From: Penicillus capitatus
Taxonomy: Eukaryota; Plantae; Chlorophyta
Direction: 5' to 3'
Assembly: GCA_965649825.1 (NCBI GenBank)
Contig: OZ287698.1
Span: 1,441,949-1,505,948 of the forward strand
DNA length: 64,000 bases
Shown here in pieces: positions 26,459-39,799 of this stretch (the stretch's first letter is position 1; every line of letters starts with the position of its first letter). The notes beneath the pieces were generated by a model. That model worked only from the letters and a program-made list of their open reading frames with translations, was not told where the DNA came from and did not search any database. The translations under genes and the position numbers were made by a program.

Positions 26459-27215
26459 ATGTTCAGTTTCTTTCCTTTCAGTTGTTGTTCACTGCTATCT
26501 GCCTTTCCTTTTGGAAACCAACAGACGCCTTATGCTATAGCTCGCCGAGAACGCTTAGCGAACAAAAACACAGGTGCCCTCTCGAGACAGCACGGTGGTT
26601 TTTGTATGAACATTGCCGCGGGCTGTCTGTCACAGTCTTAATAAAGGGGGTAAGGTACTTTCTACCCAACAAACCCAGAGGACATGGCGGTCACCGTATG
26701 AAGTCCGTTCCAATTGCTTTGCGAGCTCCGGAAAAGCCAAATGAAGGCGGCGAGAAAACCGTACTCATCTCTCCATTGGAAGGAACAAATCTGATGCCTC
26801 TTGATCGCCATACATTTGCTCGACCCCTCTCGGACCCCTACATCAAGTTTTTCTTTAAAGACAAAATGGATATGACGGAAGTGCAAGAGAGGACACTGAA
26901 TCCTGTCTTCGAGACAGGGAGGATGAATCTGGGCAAACTGGATCCCAATGACACACACGTTATCGAAATCCAGTACTGGGATTATGACATAGTGCTGTCC
27001 GATGAGTTAGGCGGCGTTGCTCGATTTTCAGTTGCCGGCCTCTTGGCAGCAACGAAGGGACGTTCTGGTCCGCTCTTTGCACCTGTCACTTCATTATGCG
27101 CGAAAAGGCTTGTTATTTAGGTTCAGTATGGGTCAAGCTGCAGCCAAGCGACAGCCAGCTTAGAAGGAAGAAGAAGGTCACTGGACACATCCGCATCGGG
27201 ATCAATGTGAAATGA
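26459..27215 (+). CDS. Single C2-domain protein A
   Basis: Same two-intron structure as B-D. EGTNLMPLD..SDPYIK..WDYDIVLSDELG..RRKKKVTGHIRIGINVK. The only in-frame ATG is at 26459. Confidence 0.8.
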
Positions 27216-27510
27216 GCCGATACACAAGTAGAAGATCTGCTAGATCTAGCACATGTGCAGAATAGCGTTCAGCAGCGTCGTTTGTGGTTTGTTTGTGCAA
27301 TTATCTGAGGCTTATTGAGCACGTAGTTATGACAGTCGAATGAGCACAGTGCTTTGTTAAATGAGTTCGATTTGAACGACAGCAGATGCGACGACGTGAT
27401 GTGACGTAAACTTCTCTTCTGCGGCACTATCCTTCGTCCTTTGCCTTTGCCATCTGTATTTCCATCTCGAAGCATCCGGAACGCCTCGTGGCTTATTGCG
27501 CCTAGAAGAC

Positions 27511-28162
27511 ATGACGAGTCAAACTACAGGTGCTCTCTCGTGACAGCAAGGGTGTTCTGTATAAATGCCTCGGTGGTCTGCCACAGTGAAATTCGAAGGG
27601 ACGGAGTACCAATTACCCACCAAGCCAAAAGAACATGTGAGCCCTGAGATGACGACCGTCCCAATTGATTTGCCAATCCCGGAGACGCCAAACAACGGCG
27701 ATGCGAAAACGATGTACATTTCTGCACTGGCTGGGAGAGAGCTCACACCTCTGGATCGTCATGGACTCGCACGGCCTACCTCGGATCCCTACATCAAGAT
27801 TTTCTTCAAGGAGGATGTAGGGATGACAGAAGTGCAAGAGAAGACACTGAATCCGACCTTTGAGACGGGAAGGTTGGATTTGGGCTTGCTGGACCCCAAC
27901 GACACACAGGTTATCGAAATCCAATACTGGGACTATGACCGAGTAACAAACGATGATTTTGGCGGCGCTGCTCGCATCTCTATTGCTGGTCTACTGGCAG
28001 CAACGAAAGGGCATTCAGGTGTTGTTTTCACATCCGTCACATCATTTGTGTCATGTACTGCTTGTAGGTCAAGTGTGGGTTAAGCTGCATCCAAGCGACG
28101 ATCAGCTCAGGAGGAGAAAGAAGATTACCGGTGACATTCTCATCGGGGTCAATGTGAAATGA
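27511..28162 (+). CDS. Single C2-domain protein B
   Basis: MTSQTT|VKFEG..LTPLD..SDPYIK..WDYDRVTNDDFG|..RRRKKITGDILIGVNVK. Confidence 0.88.
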
Positions 28163-28558
28163 GCTATCAAGCAGAAGATCATTATTAGAATCACATGTTA
28201 TGCAAAACTTAATACAGAAACGACGTTTGGGGTATGTTTGTTTATCCACCCGAGATTCAGGACACGTTGTGGGTTCAAATGAACGCATAGAAACAATGCA
28301 TCATTGTTGACGACTGACTCGAATAGTTTTGAATCTGACGCACGATCCTGGATATTTTGCGTCCGCCTTCCATGGCAGCATCGTCGATGAAACCAGACAG
28401 AAAACAGTGTTGAGTACAAAAGGTGGGTTAGATGTGACGTGACGTCAGCGCATCTTCTGTTTGTTGGCTTCCTTATTTAGTCTCCTTCGCCGTTACCGTC
28501 TGCAAATTCATTTTGAGATTTTCCAACCCATCGTGGTTCCTTCCTCCTAAAACAATCG

Positions 28559-29210
28559 ATGAGTAAAAACACAGGTACTCCTCCCGCTCGTGGCAGCACC
28601 TTTCTTGCATCAATGCTTCTATGGTTTCCCACAGTTGTGGTCGAAGGGATGGAGTACTATTTACCCATCAAGCCCCGAAAGCACGCGAGTCCTTCGACAA
28701 AGACCGTCCCAATTGATTTGCTAGTTCCGGAGACGCCAAACGACGGCGTTCCGAAGAACGTACTGATGTCTGCTCTGGCTGGGAAAGATCTCATCCCTCT
28801 CGATCGTCATGGACCCGCACGGCCGACATCGGATCCCTACATCAAACTGTTCTTTAAGGAAGAGGTGGTGATTACAGAAGTCCAGGAGAAGACAGTGGAG
28901 CCGCTTTTTGAAACGGGGAGGATGGATTTGGGCTTGCTGGACCCCAACGACACACAGGTTATCGAAATCCAATACTGGGACTATGACCGTGTAACGAACG
29001 ATGATTTTGGCGGCGCTGCTCGCATCTCTATTGCTGGTCTACTGGCAGCAACAAAAGGGCATTCAGGTCTTGTCTTCACATCCGTCACATCATTTGTGTC
29101 ATGTACTGCTTGCAGGTCAAGTGTGGGTCAAGCTGCATCCAAGCGACCATCAGCTCCATTGGAAGAAGAAAATCACCGGAGAGATTCTCATCGGGATCAA
29201 TGTGAAATGA
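28559..29210 (+). CDS. Single C2-domain protein C
   Basis: MSKNT|VVVEG..LIPLD..SDPYIK..WDYDRVTNDDFG|..WKKKITGEILIGINVK. Confidence 0.88.
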
Positions 29211-29649
29211 GCTGTTGCGTAACACAAAACGCCGCACAGTTTATGTACGATATGGAAATGGCAACCACATTTCTGGTCTACTTGCTCATTCATCAGAAAT
29301 TCAGGAAGTACAGCAGCAAAAGCGGACAATCAAGAAGCACAATGTGTCGTACATGAACTCAGCCTGAGTGGCTGTGGATGTGGATGCGACGCTCGATCTT
29401 GGCTGTGTTGGTCCTCCATTCGCTTTCTTGTCCTTGTGTAACACTATCCATCATTCGTGGAATCAGATTCAAAGAACCGTTACGCAGCACGCATGACAGT
29501 TGACGCTTCATGATCGGCAGATAAATGCTGCTACCGTAATTCTTCTTTCGTTCGTTTGTTAGTTTCCATCGTCGCTTCGCGGTTTACTCCTCTGCCTTTT
29601 CAAACCGCAACCAACGAACGCTTCTTGGCCATTTTTTCGTGAATCTGCA

Positions 29650-30303
29650 ATGGGTCAGAAGCGTACAGGTGACCCTTCTTTTCTTCGGACCATCATTTTT
29701 CGCTGAAACGCATGTATGCGCTGTAGTCATTGTAGGAGACCAACAATACTATCTGCCCGTGAAGTCCAAAGAACACCGTCGTCCGTCGACGAAGAACGTT
29801 CCAATTGAACTCCTCACTCCCGCAACGCCAAATGGCGGCCACATGAAAACCGTGGTTATTTCCATACTGAGCGGGAGAAATCTTTCGCCGATTGATTTCC
29901 ATATATTCCATCGCAACTCCTTGGACCCTTACGTCAAAGTCTTCTTCAGAGATAACACGTGTCGGACGGAAACGCGTAAGAGAGACGTCAATCCGACTTT
30001 CGAGTCGGGAAGAATGAATCTGGGTCAGTTAGATCCCAACAACACGCACGTGATCGAAATTCAGGTCTGGGATCACGACCTATTAACGAGAGACGATTTC
30101 GCCGGCGCCGCCAAGATTTCGATCGCCGGTTTGCTAGCTAAGACCCATGGACATTCGGGTCATGTTCTCCCACCCGTCACATCATTTGTCTCACGTGCTT
30201 CTCTGTAGGTCAAGTCTGGGTCAAACTTCATCCAAGTGATAGCCAACGTAAGAAAAGAAAAATGATCACGGGAGAAATCCTCGTCGGTGTTCAAGTTCAG
30301 TAA
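29650..30303 (+). CDS. Single C2-domain protein D (MGQKRT N-terminus)
   Basis: MGQKRT|VIVG..LSPID..LDPYVK..WDHDLLTRDDFAG|..RKKRKMITGEILVGVQVQ. Confidence 0.88.
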
Positions 30304-30565
30304 CTTGTCATTTCGCACAATATCTATCTCTACTGGCACCAGCCAGATTTCGTTAATGTTGCACTTGAATCGAACCTTGCTGTATGATAGTGTCGTCGTC
30401 ATGCAGTGTCGGAATAGTCGTTGCAGAAATGATTTGTCCATTAGGAACAATGCATTTGTAAAACAACGATTCAAAAATGAAACGTTTGGCGCAACGTCCG
30501 TCGGTTGTTCACTTCGATGTCTGCTTCGGCGTCTTCCTTCGTCTTCCCCAACAAGCCTAGTGATC

Positions 30566-31725
30566 ATGCTGACCCTACCACCGATGAAAGTGCGTGTACA
30601 ACTATCGTTGAACAGACCGCCAGCATTGCGTACTGTAGTCGAAATCCAGTTCGTCCCGGATTTCCTCCTAAAGAACAAGGCGGTCGAATGCGTTGCCGTT
30701 CAATCCGGAGATTCGGCTGCGTTAGACCCTCGTCTCGAATCCATGGCGCTGAATTTTGGATGGACGTTCAAAGATGACGAAGCAAGATTTGACGTGGATT
30801 CTTCTCTGGCTCTCTTTCGGAAAGATTTCACCGCCGTCGATTTTGTCTGGTGGGATCACCGTGCATCCAGATGCGGCGCTGTACACTTCTTGTCTCATGA
30901 CAACAAGGAAGGCACAGGCAGTGGAACAAAAGAGAGCATCAACGTGAAACTCAACAAGATCCCAGATGCTGTTCATTACTTAGTCGTTGTGGTGAGCGTC
31001 TACTCAAAGGACCACGACATCGAAGACATTCGAGACATTTCTCTATCCGTCGAGAATCCTTCCAATGAACGCCTCGTCGATTACAAGGTCGTGTATGGTG
31101 CATTCTGGGAATCTGTCTTTGATGTGACGTGCAGGTGAAAGTGAGAGGAACTGGAAGAAGTGTATTGCTGGGATGTTTTGTGCGTAAAGCCGAGGCATGG
31201 ACGTTTCGGGCGCTGTCCGAGTGTGTGTTCTCGCGAACGATTCTGGAGCTGCTGCACGAACCAACAAATCTGCAAGCAGTACGTGAGATCCAAGCGGCTC
31301 CCCGTGTGCGCCGCCGCCTCGTTATACAGCCCACCGAGGGGAAGAATCTGACGCCTATGGACTTCACGCTTTTCAAGAAGAGATCGGATCCTTATCTCAA
31401 AATCTTTGTCGACGATCGCGTCGTCGTTTCGGAGATCGCGTTCGCGACACTCAATCCGAAATTCATTTGTCAGCCCATCGATCTCGGCGAAGTCTCGTCC
31501 ACCTCAGCCAAGGTCATCGAGATTCAGTGCTGGGACTACGACAAATTTACGAAACACGATATCATGGGAGTGCACAAATTCTGCCTCGGAGGACTGGTGG
31601 CCAAAATGAATGCCGGTGAGAATGCTGTCTGGCTGAAGCTCTTTCCATCGGCCGAGAACATTAAAGACAAAAAGAAGATCACGGGAGACATTCTGTTCAA
31701 AGTCCTGGTCGAAGAATTCCAGTAG
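30566..31725 (+). CDS. TerD-like domain + C2 domain protein, paralog 2
   Basis: Two introns. NFGWTFKD..FDVDSSLALF..DFVWWD..HDNKEGTGSGTKESINVKLNKIPDAVHYLVVVVSVYS..AWTFRAL is TerD-like, followed by C2 (EGKNLTPMD..SDPYLK..WDYDKFTKHDIMG). The start codon is uncertain. Confidence 0.82.
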
Positions 31726-31831
31726 CCGATGGATGTCATTCATACCACTTTATCTCTCTACTCCATCAGTCACATCACTTATTGATTTTTGATATTGGAA
31801 GTTTCTAATCCATGTGACTTCGAATAGATGC

Positions 31832-32402
31832 ATGACGATTGTTGAGTTTCGGGAGAAAATGAATATTTCGGCCGCGCACTCGTCACGGATTGCATCGAAA
31901 TTGGCTGCCGCCGAAGAGGCACTGCAGAAGTCAGCGGTGTATTTATCACACTGAAAGGCGTCATGCGTAATGCACGACAGGCGTGATCTGACGGCGTTTG
32001 AAGGGATTCCTGGAACGCGGTTTAAGATCCGCGACGTGACGTCCGACCATAAGTATCTGCACAAATGGTCGCTGCAAGCGCAAGAAGCTGCGAAGAAGCT
32101 GGTCATATGTCGCCTCTTTCTATTCACTCGTCGAGACTTGATCGCACAGGGGAAGGGGAAGGACGAGGAGGCCGAGAAGGTGTTGCGCGATGCGCGTGTC
32201 GTCATTGGCGATGACAAAGTCGACGCAATTCTGATGCTCTCCCAACTGCGTCAACTGCGCAAGCAAGTTCAACGTCGTCTCGCAATGACGCGCGCACACT
32301 ACGGTCTGTCAGATTGGGTGAATTTCTCTCGAACGCCTACCGATCTCTGCAGGGCTTTCATACGAAGTCGAGTTGGAATGGCTCGATGCTCAACAACAAT
32401 GA
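31832..32402 (+). CDS. Hypothetical helical protein
   Basis: Three inferred GT-AG introns give an open frame MTIVEFREK..QKRDLTAFEG..HYGLSYEVELEWLDAQQQ. No family recognised. Confidence 0.5.
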
Positions 32403-32415
32403 CAACAACTTAAAT

Positions 32416-32457
32416 GAGTTGAGAAAAGTTCGAGGCGAGTTGAGAAAAGTTTGAGGC
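32416..32457 (+). repeat. 21-bp tandem duplication
   Basis: GAGTTGAGAAAAGTTCGAGGC followed by GAGTTGAGAAAAGTTTGAGGC. Confidence 0.85.
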
Positions 32458-32546
32458 GACCAAACGGTCGTGATGTTAAAAAGAAAAACTAGATTTCGGC
32501 CCACTTAATGATAATCTTTGCATGACGTCCATAAGAAACGTCTTCT

Positions 32547-33446
32547 TTATGCGACGGGGTATTTCGCCTTTGCGTCCAGTTTAGCGAGAATCAGCTTGTC
32601 CTCGTCCGCCGGTGGAACCGGCGATTTCGACGGAGTTGGTTGGGGAAAGGCACATGGACCGACGGCGGTGCAAAATGTGGTGGGATCCAAGATCGCCTTC
32701 GTCCCCTGCATTGCCTACAGTTACAGCGCCGTTTAGAACCTCCTTAGCCTAGAAGATGTCGTTAACGATATACCTGCATCAATGCTCCACCAACAGTCTC
32801 CATGCATTTCTTTTTATCCGTCCGAGAGGAACAGATCTTTACGATCTTTTCCTGAGCCTTGGCAGCGACTTTATCGGAAGTTAGAGTGCCGAGGATGGCT
32901 GTTAGGGTTTGTTCGCAAATCTGACAGGCCGCCCCGAACAATCCGTTCTGTCCCATCACTTCGTAAAAAGGCGGTGGGCAGAAGAAGACGCCAGCGCAGA
33001 AACCATCGAGGGAATACTCGGCAATGGAGAAGGCATACGCAAACAAACCAGCTACGCGCACAGGCATCCATCATCAAGAGAGAAAAGAGAACGCTCCGAA
33101 CGTACCGAACTGATGGACGAAGAGTTCGCACATGTCTTCGCACAGAGCGACGGAAATGCACGTCTAGAGCGCCGCTTTCAAAATGATGCGACGCTTCGAC
33201 TCGGACTTCACCTGCTTGAGGATGGCGTCGATGGTCTTCGTCTCCTTTTCAATTGCCTTGAGTTGCATCTCGAGTATTCCTGTTGCCATCTGGCAGAGCG
33301 GACACATGTCGAATTGCAGCTTCGCTGCGCACAGGATTCTAGGGTAAATGGGTGATGGGTGTATGCTTACGAGGCGCCGGATCTGAATTCTCGGCGGCGA
33401 TGCCGATGAGAGCCAAGGAAAGGCACAAAGCAAGAAGACGCGCCAT
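32547..33446 (-). CDS. Secreted protein with two saposin-B-like domains
   Basis: Signal peptide and four introns. Two six-Cys modules: CPLC..CISVALC..C..FCAGVFFC and CQIC..C..C..FCTAVGPC. Confidence 0.75.
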
Positions 33447-34362
33447 TTCACAAGCAAACGAGCTGCAACGCGAATGCCGGTTCTCTCCTCGGCTAGCCGC
33501 AAAAAAATAACATACGCCTACCAGCCTCAGGCTTTTTCAAGGTCGCAAGCGAAACGACAGCGTCGCATCATTGCATCGAATGGCGTGAAATCGCTGTTGC
33601 TCAACGAGGCAAAAATATATTTGTGGGCAATGCCGTCACATCTTAATGAAAAGACGCCTTGTCAATAACAGCGGGCAGAAGTGTTCGACAGGAATTGCAG
33701 GATTGCATGGATCAGCAGTCCACTCTCTCCTTTCTTTGTGTTTCCGGTATACAAGTCAAGTATTCTCGCCAAGAAATCCAAAATGTCATCACGTTCCCTC
33801 GTTTTCTCAGTTTGCTGCTCCGTGTTCAAAATGATGTCGTCGTCCAAGCAAACGCGTTCGATGGAATCTCTCTCCTGAATCGCGCAGTACTGACGAAGAC
33901 TTCTCAAGATTGCATCGTGCACAGCCCGTGTCCATCGAAGAGATCGGATTTTGTCAGAGATGACGGAAAGAACGGTCCGGTGCAGCGTGATGCAACGGAG
34001 ATCTGATTGACACCTACCTACCTTTAACCAGAGGTCCTTCTCTCCAAAGGCATCCCTGAACTAAAAATGAAAGGAACTATCGAAAAGAGGTACCGCGCGA
34101 TCAACCATAATTCTTTTGTTGACATGTATGCCTTCCAACGACGAAAAGAACTTCCATTCCAAACCGGACATTTCTTGTATTTGCTATTTGCGTCTTTGCA
34201 GACATCTTTGGAGCAGAAGTCAAGTTAACGCTTGTTACTCGAGGTAACGTATTATCTCCCCGTCGAGTCAATCGCACAACGACGCTGTGCACAATCACGT
34301 TCCTTCGTTCGTCTTTTTCGGAAGGAGGTAAGGGTCGCGTCGTATGCGACGTTCGTTACACT

Positions 34363-34995
34363 GGGAGATTTGATGTGTGCAGACATTCCGTGGTTTGGTC
34401 CGGTGGGAGCATGCAGAGTTGCCATGATCGATGGCAGTCTTGTTGTCCATCCTCCCACGCAGTCACTGAGCGACACCCAGATGTCGGTGTTAGTGGCCGG
34501 GACACGAGACAGAGTCGTCATGTTCGAGGCCGAGGGTCAGGCGGTACGTCGCGAACGAAACAAGCACCTGCTGGTTGTGTGTTTGAGTGGCTGGCTGTTC
34601 AGATGTCGGTGGATCAAGTGTCCAAGGCGCTGGATCTGGCACACGCCGAGTGTCGGTCGATGATCGATTCTCAATGGGAGCTCTCTCGCAGAAGACAGCA
34701 GAAGAAACGTCAGATCAAGTGCTTTGGTGCAGATCCCGTAGCCGCGGAGAGAATCTTGGTATCCTCACAGTGGCTGAGGACTGATGGATGACGGATGGTG
34801 TAGAATCTAGCACTGCCAGAGTTCGACAAGCTCTACTCCCTTCCAAGAGACAAAGCCACAAGTTCAGAACTCCGCAGACAAATCAAGGACGACGTCGAGA
34901 AGATCCTCGAGCAGCGCGGTGCCATGCGTTCAGATTTTGCCAGAATCGTATAGCCTGCATACCAGACACCGCCATCCTGTGCGACATGTGTGTGA
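34363..34995 (+). repeat. Near-identical duplicate of an internal PNPase gene segment (source 41273-41905)
   Basis: Offset is 6910 nt. There are two mismatches in the first 17 nt, then identity by eye to the end, including introns. Confidence 0.93.
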
Positions 34996-35844
34996 CCGGG
35001 GATGGAATTGCGCTTGGCACAAGAGATCGAACAACTGAAAAAAGATGGGTAATCAAAGGTGCTTTCTCCTGAAGTCCTCGACTGACTCTTCTCGCCACAG
35101 AGGTCGCAAGAACAACAAATCCCTCATCAAAACAAGCTTGCTGGAAAGCGATTCTTCGTCATTGCTGATCGCATTTCTGCATCGCCATTGCCTGCGCTGG
35201 TCTGGCCTCGGGGAACGCCTTCGAGCCATGCTTTTCACGAGGGTGATGTTTACGGATTTAGAGAGCTGGATCTCGAAGCTTCACAGGACTGCTTGACGTT
35301 GCATGCTGGAACGCAATCTTACTTTGACAAGATCTCACAGCTGCCTGCCAATCTGTCTGTTCACTTCATCCCAAGAAGACCTCTCTCACCTCACTGATCC
35401 CAGGCAAGAAGATCTCTTCGATATGGAAGCGTCAGTCTTACCTGGAGTTCATTCCAGAGCACTCCTGTGCATTGATATCAGGATAAAGATGCTTGACACC
35501 TCCGTGCCGTTCATTCTCACACCGATCGTATCGACCCGTTTGGCATGCTGTCACATCTCAGGGCCTATCAGATCTGGTCTCTGACAGATCTATAGTTATT
35601 TTTTGTGCAAAGTATGCAACGATCGTGACAAGGGCGACAGAAAAGACAGTCTGCATCCCTCTCAAGCCTTAAGAAAAACTCGAAAAGCTAAAGAAACAAT
35701 ACAAGTTTAAACGCAGAACGTTTGAGGCATATGTTGCCCAATAGTTGTCCTGTCTGTAAAGATAGACATCTATCACCGAAAGAAACCATCATCTTCTTTC
35801 AACCAACGCACAGATTATGCGGCATTCACACAATCGACAGGTTT

Positions 35845-38405
35845 TCTACATAGGAAACCCGCTGGGTCCAAAACCCAGCCCAGCTGGTGTGTGAGGAACG
35901 CATCGTTGTGCAGTCGCCGATGGGAATGGCGTCCTCGAAGGCTGCTGAACAAATGGCGGTTCTGTCCCATACTCATCAATCTCTTGCAGCAAACTCTGCA
36001 GAACACAGCCTTCATTCTACATTGCCCGTGTTCCTCTCCCTTCTCACTTTGGTCTCTGCAATGTGATCGACTGGTTCGTATCGCAGAATCGAAAGCTTAA
36101 GTCGCTCATCTCCTTGCCAGTTATCGATGTTGGCCTTCACAGTGAAGATCATTGTTTTGTAGAGCGCGCAGTTGACAATGGCTTCGGCCTGTTTCGCATC
36201 TTCCTGCTCCTTTTCTCTCAATTCGCTCACCGGGATGCCGATGAGGCCTTCGGCGCAGGAAAAGGCTGTTGCAAAATGCGCATCTGTAAAGTCACTCAGT
36301 TTGGTATCCATAGTATATCGCCAATCTGGATCCACATCCTCTCCACATGCCTCACACATCCATCCACCATGGGATTGCTCCATGACTTTCTTCATGCAAA
36401 GTCGTCCGTTTCTCTGAAGAGGACAGCCAGGATAGTAGATTCTGTTTGTCCGTATGTACGTGGTCGTTGCAAGAACCTGCAAACAAGATGTCAGGGCAAT
36501 ACATGGGGACACTGTGTCACCAACCTCGAAGAAGGATGGCTTTGTCGTTTCCACTGTGTTCATGTTGATATCTGACAGATAACTGCGTTGCGCAACACGT
36601 ACTGGACCGCTCTGTGACAATGATGTGGCAGGTACCTGCATCGCACCTCCTTCTTGGTACCTAGTCACACAAACAATGGCATTCTGAGTCATGGCCATTG
36701 CCGACAGACCATGTGGACAATGTCATAGCTTCGGTAATGTCTGGATCAATTTCTATTCTTGTGGTATGATTGGCAGACAAGCTCTTTATATTGAAATCGC
36801 CAACCCTTGCGCCTAGACGTGCATCCTAATGCGTCTCGCATTCATCCATGATCGAGCATACGGGAGACAGCGATGATGTGGATGTGATCATCATTCATCA
36901 GTTCTTCAAGCTCATTGCCTTCCTTGACAGCCATGTCATCCCAAAGTGTGATCTAACCGAAGACAGTGTAACGACTGATCGCAGAAGAGTGAGGCAGGTG
37001 CACTTCAATCGAGCAGTTGGATGTGTCTTTGATTGTGACGCGTCTGATGTCCACTTCGTCGCCGTTTCGCTTTGTAATCCGGCGATTGTTTTCGACACTC
37101 GTCACGATGCCGATCACATCGACCGGTTTTCCACTATCGATGTGAACAATCGATTCGATGGGCTTGAACTGCACAACAGATCTCTCACACTTTTAGCAGC
37201 CAGAAGAGTGAGACTATCATACCTGATAGAGAACGTAAGGGATGTTAACGCCCGCAGCCTCATCTGGAACCAGCTCCACAGTCGAGCTCATACTCAGCCG
37301 CATCTCAAAGTTCGTGTCAAAATCTTTAAACCTCTGCATCGAAATCCACGAATGAGTAAAATAAGTGTGAGATAGTAACATACCGGATTGCGTATCTCGC
37401 TGACATCTGCTCTGGCAATTCTGTATAGCTTGCCGATCTGGACTTTCTCGAAAAACGTCACAGCCGCTTCATTGAACGCCGTGCATCGCATTTGTCCTTC
37501 TTCTGCGTCCAGTAGATCAAACGAAAACAGCTTCCCTGCCAGTACAGATCGCATCTTCCGTGTGACACATGACTGCACCTTCTCCACGCTGATTGTGGTA
37601 TTTCTTCATCATCGTTTTGTTTGTGCACCGTGCCAAAATCGTCCATCTTGCCGAGTAATTGTTCAGTTGGCTCAAAGGTGTGATGTAGTCATCGTTAGCC
37701 ATTGGCCTCCCTGCGGCATAGCTTCCACTACTCGGCAACATCGGAGTCGTCGTCATTGGGAGGCGGTTCGTTCCACCGTGGTCACTAAACGCTTGTCCGA
37801 AGTTATCTTGCGCAGATGACGATGAAGGTCCTGAACACACAGAGACACTTGAGCCTCCTCTGTAGACCCTCTGCAGCGTACCTTGTGTGATCTGACGTCT
37901 TGGCGTATCAACTGGAAAGTATCGAGTCTGGGGAGATCGTTGCTGTGGGTTGACATAGCTTGCATGGCCCATGTCATACACAGTCGGATTCCCGATCATG
38001 GGGCAATGCTGTAGGACTCGGCAGGCAAAGATGATAAACGTCCTATGCAGAAGATAGCAACGACGCTGATTCTAACCATATGCACACTTTTTGGTGTCGA
38101 TTCGCGAGAGCTTGTACTCAGTAGCTTCAACCACAGTTCCAGGTAGAGGAGCGCCGCTCGAGATGGACTGCAACAGCGTCGCCGAGGCTGGACCCGTCAG
38201 GAGTACTGGGATGCTGTAGATGCTGTCGCTGACGATTCCCTGGAACCGATCGCCACGACTTCCGAAAGCCTTTGCCTCTGTACGCCATCATCACGGGAGA
38301 AACGTTGTCGGTACGCTTACCAATGAGTTGAAGTCGTAACGGCTCCTTAAACGTCATGTTTTCGGCTCGGTGCACCACTTCTGGCAGACGACCTGTCGAC
38401 AACAT
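35845..38405 (-). CDS. RPA1: Replication protein A 70-kDa subunit
   Basis: N-terminal OB fold, ITPLSQLNNYSARWTILAR, GKLFSFDLLD..MRCTAFN, VDVIGIV, YPGC..C..C..C zinc site, FTVKA. About nine GT-AG introns. Confidence 0.92.
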
Positions 38406-38457
38406 CGCGCGTGTCGAAGACCGTATCCAAAACGCAGAAAATTAAATTAAGATGCGT

Positions 38458-39770
<1,313 letters not shown>

Positions 39771-39799
39771 GCTGCGCGCAATGATCATCTCGGCTTCGA

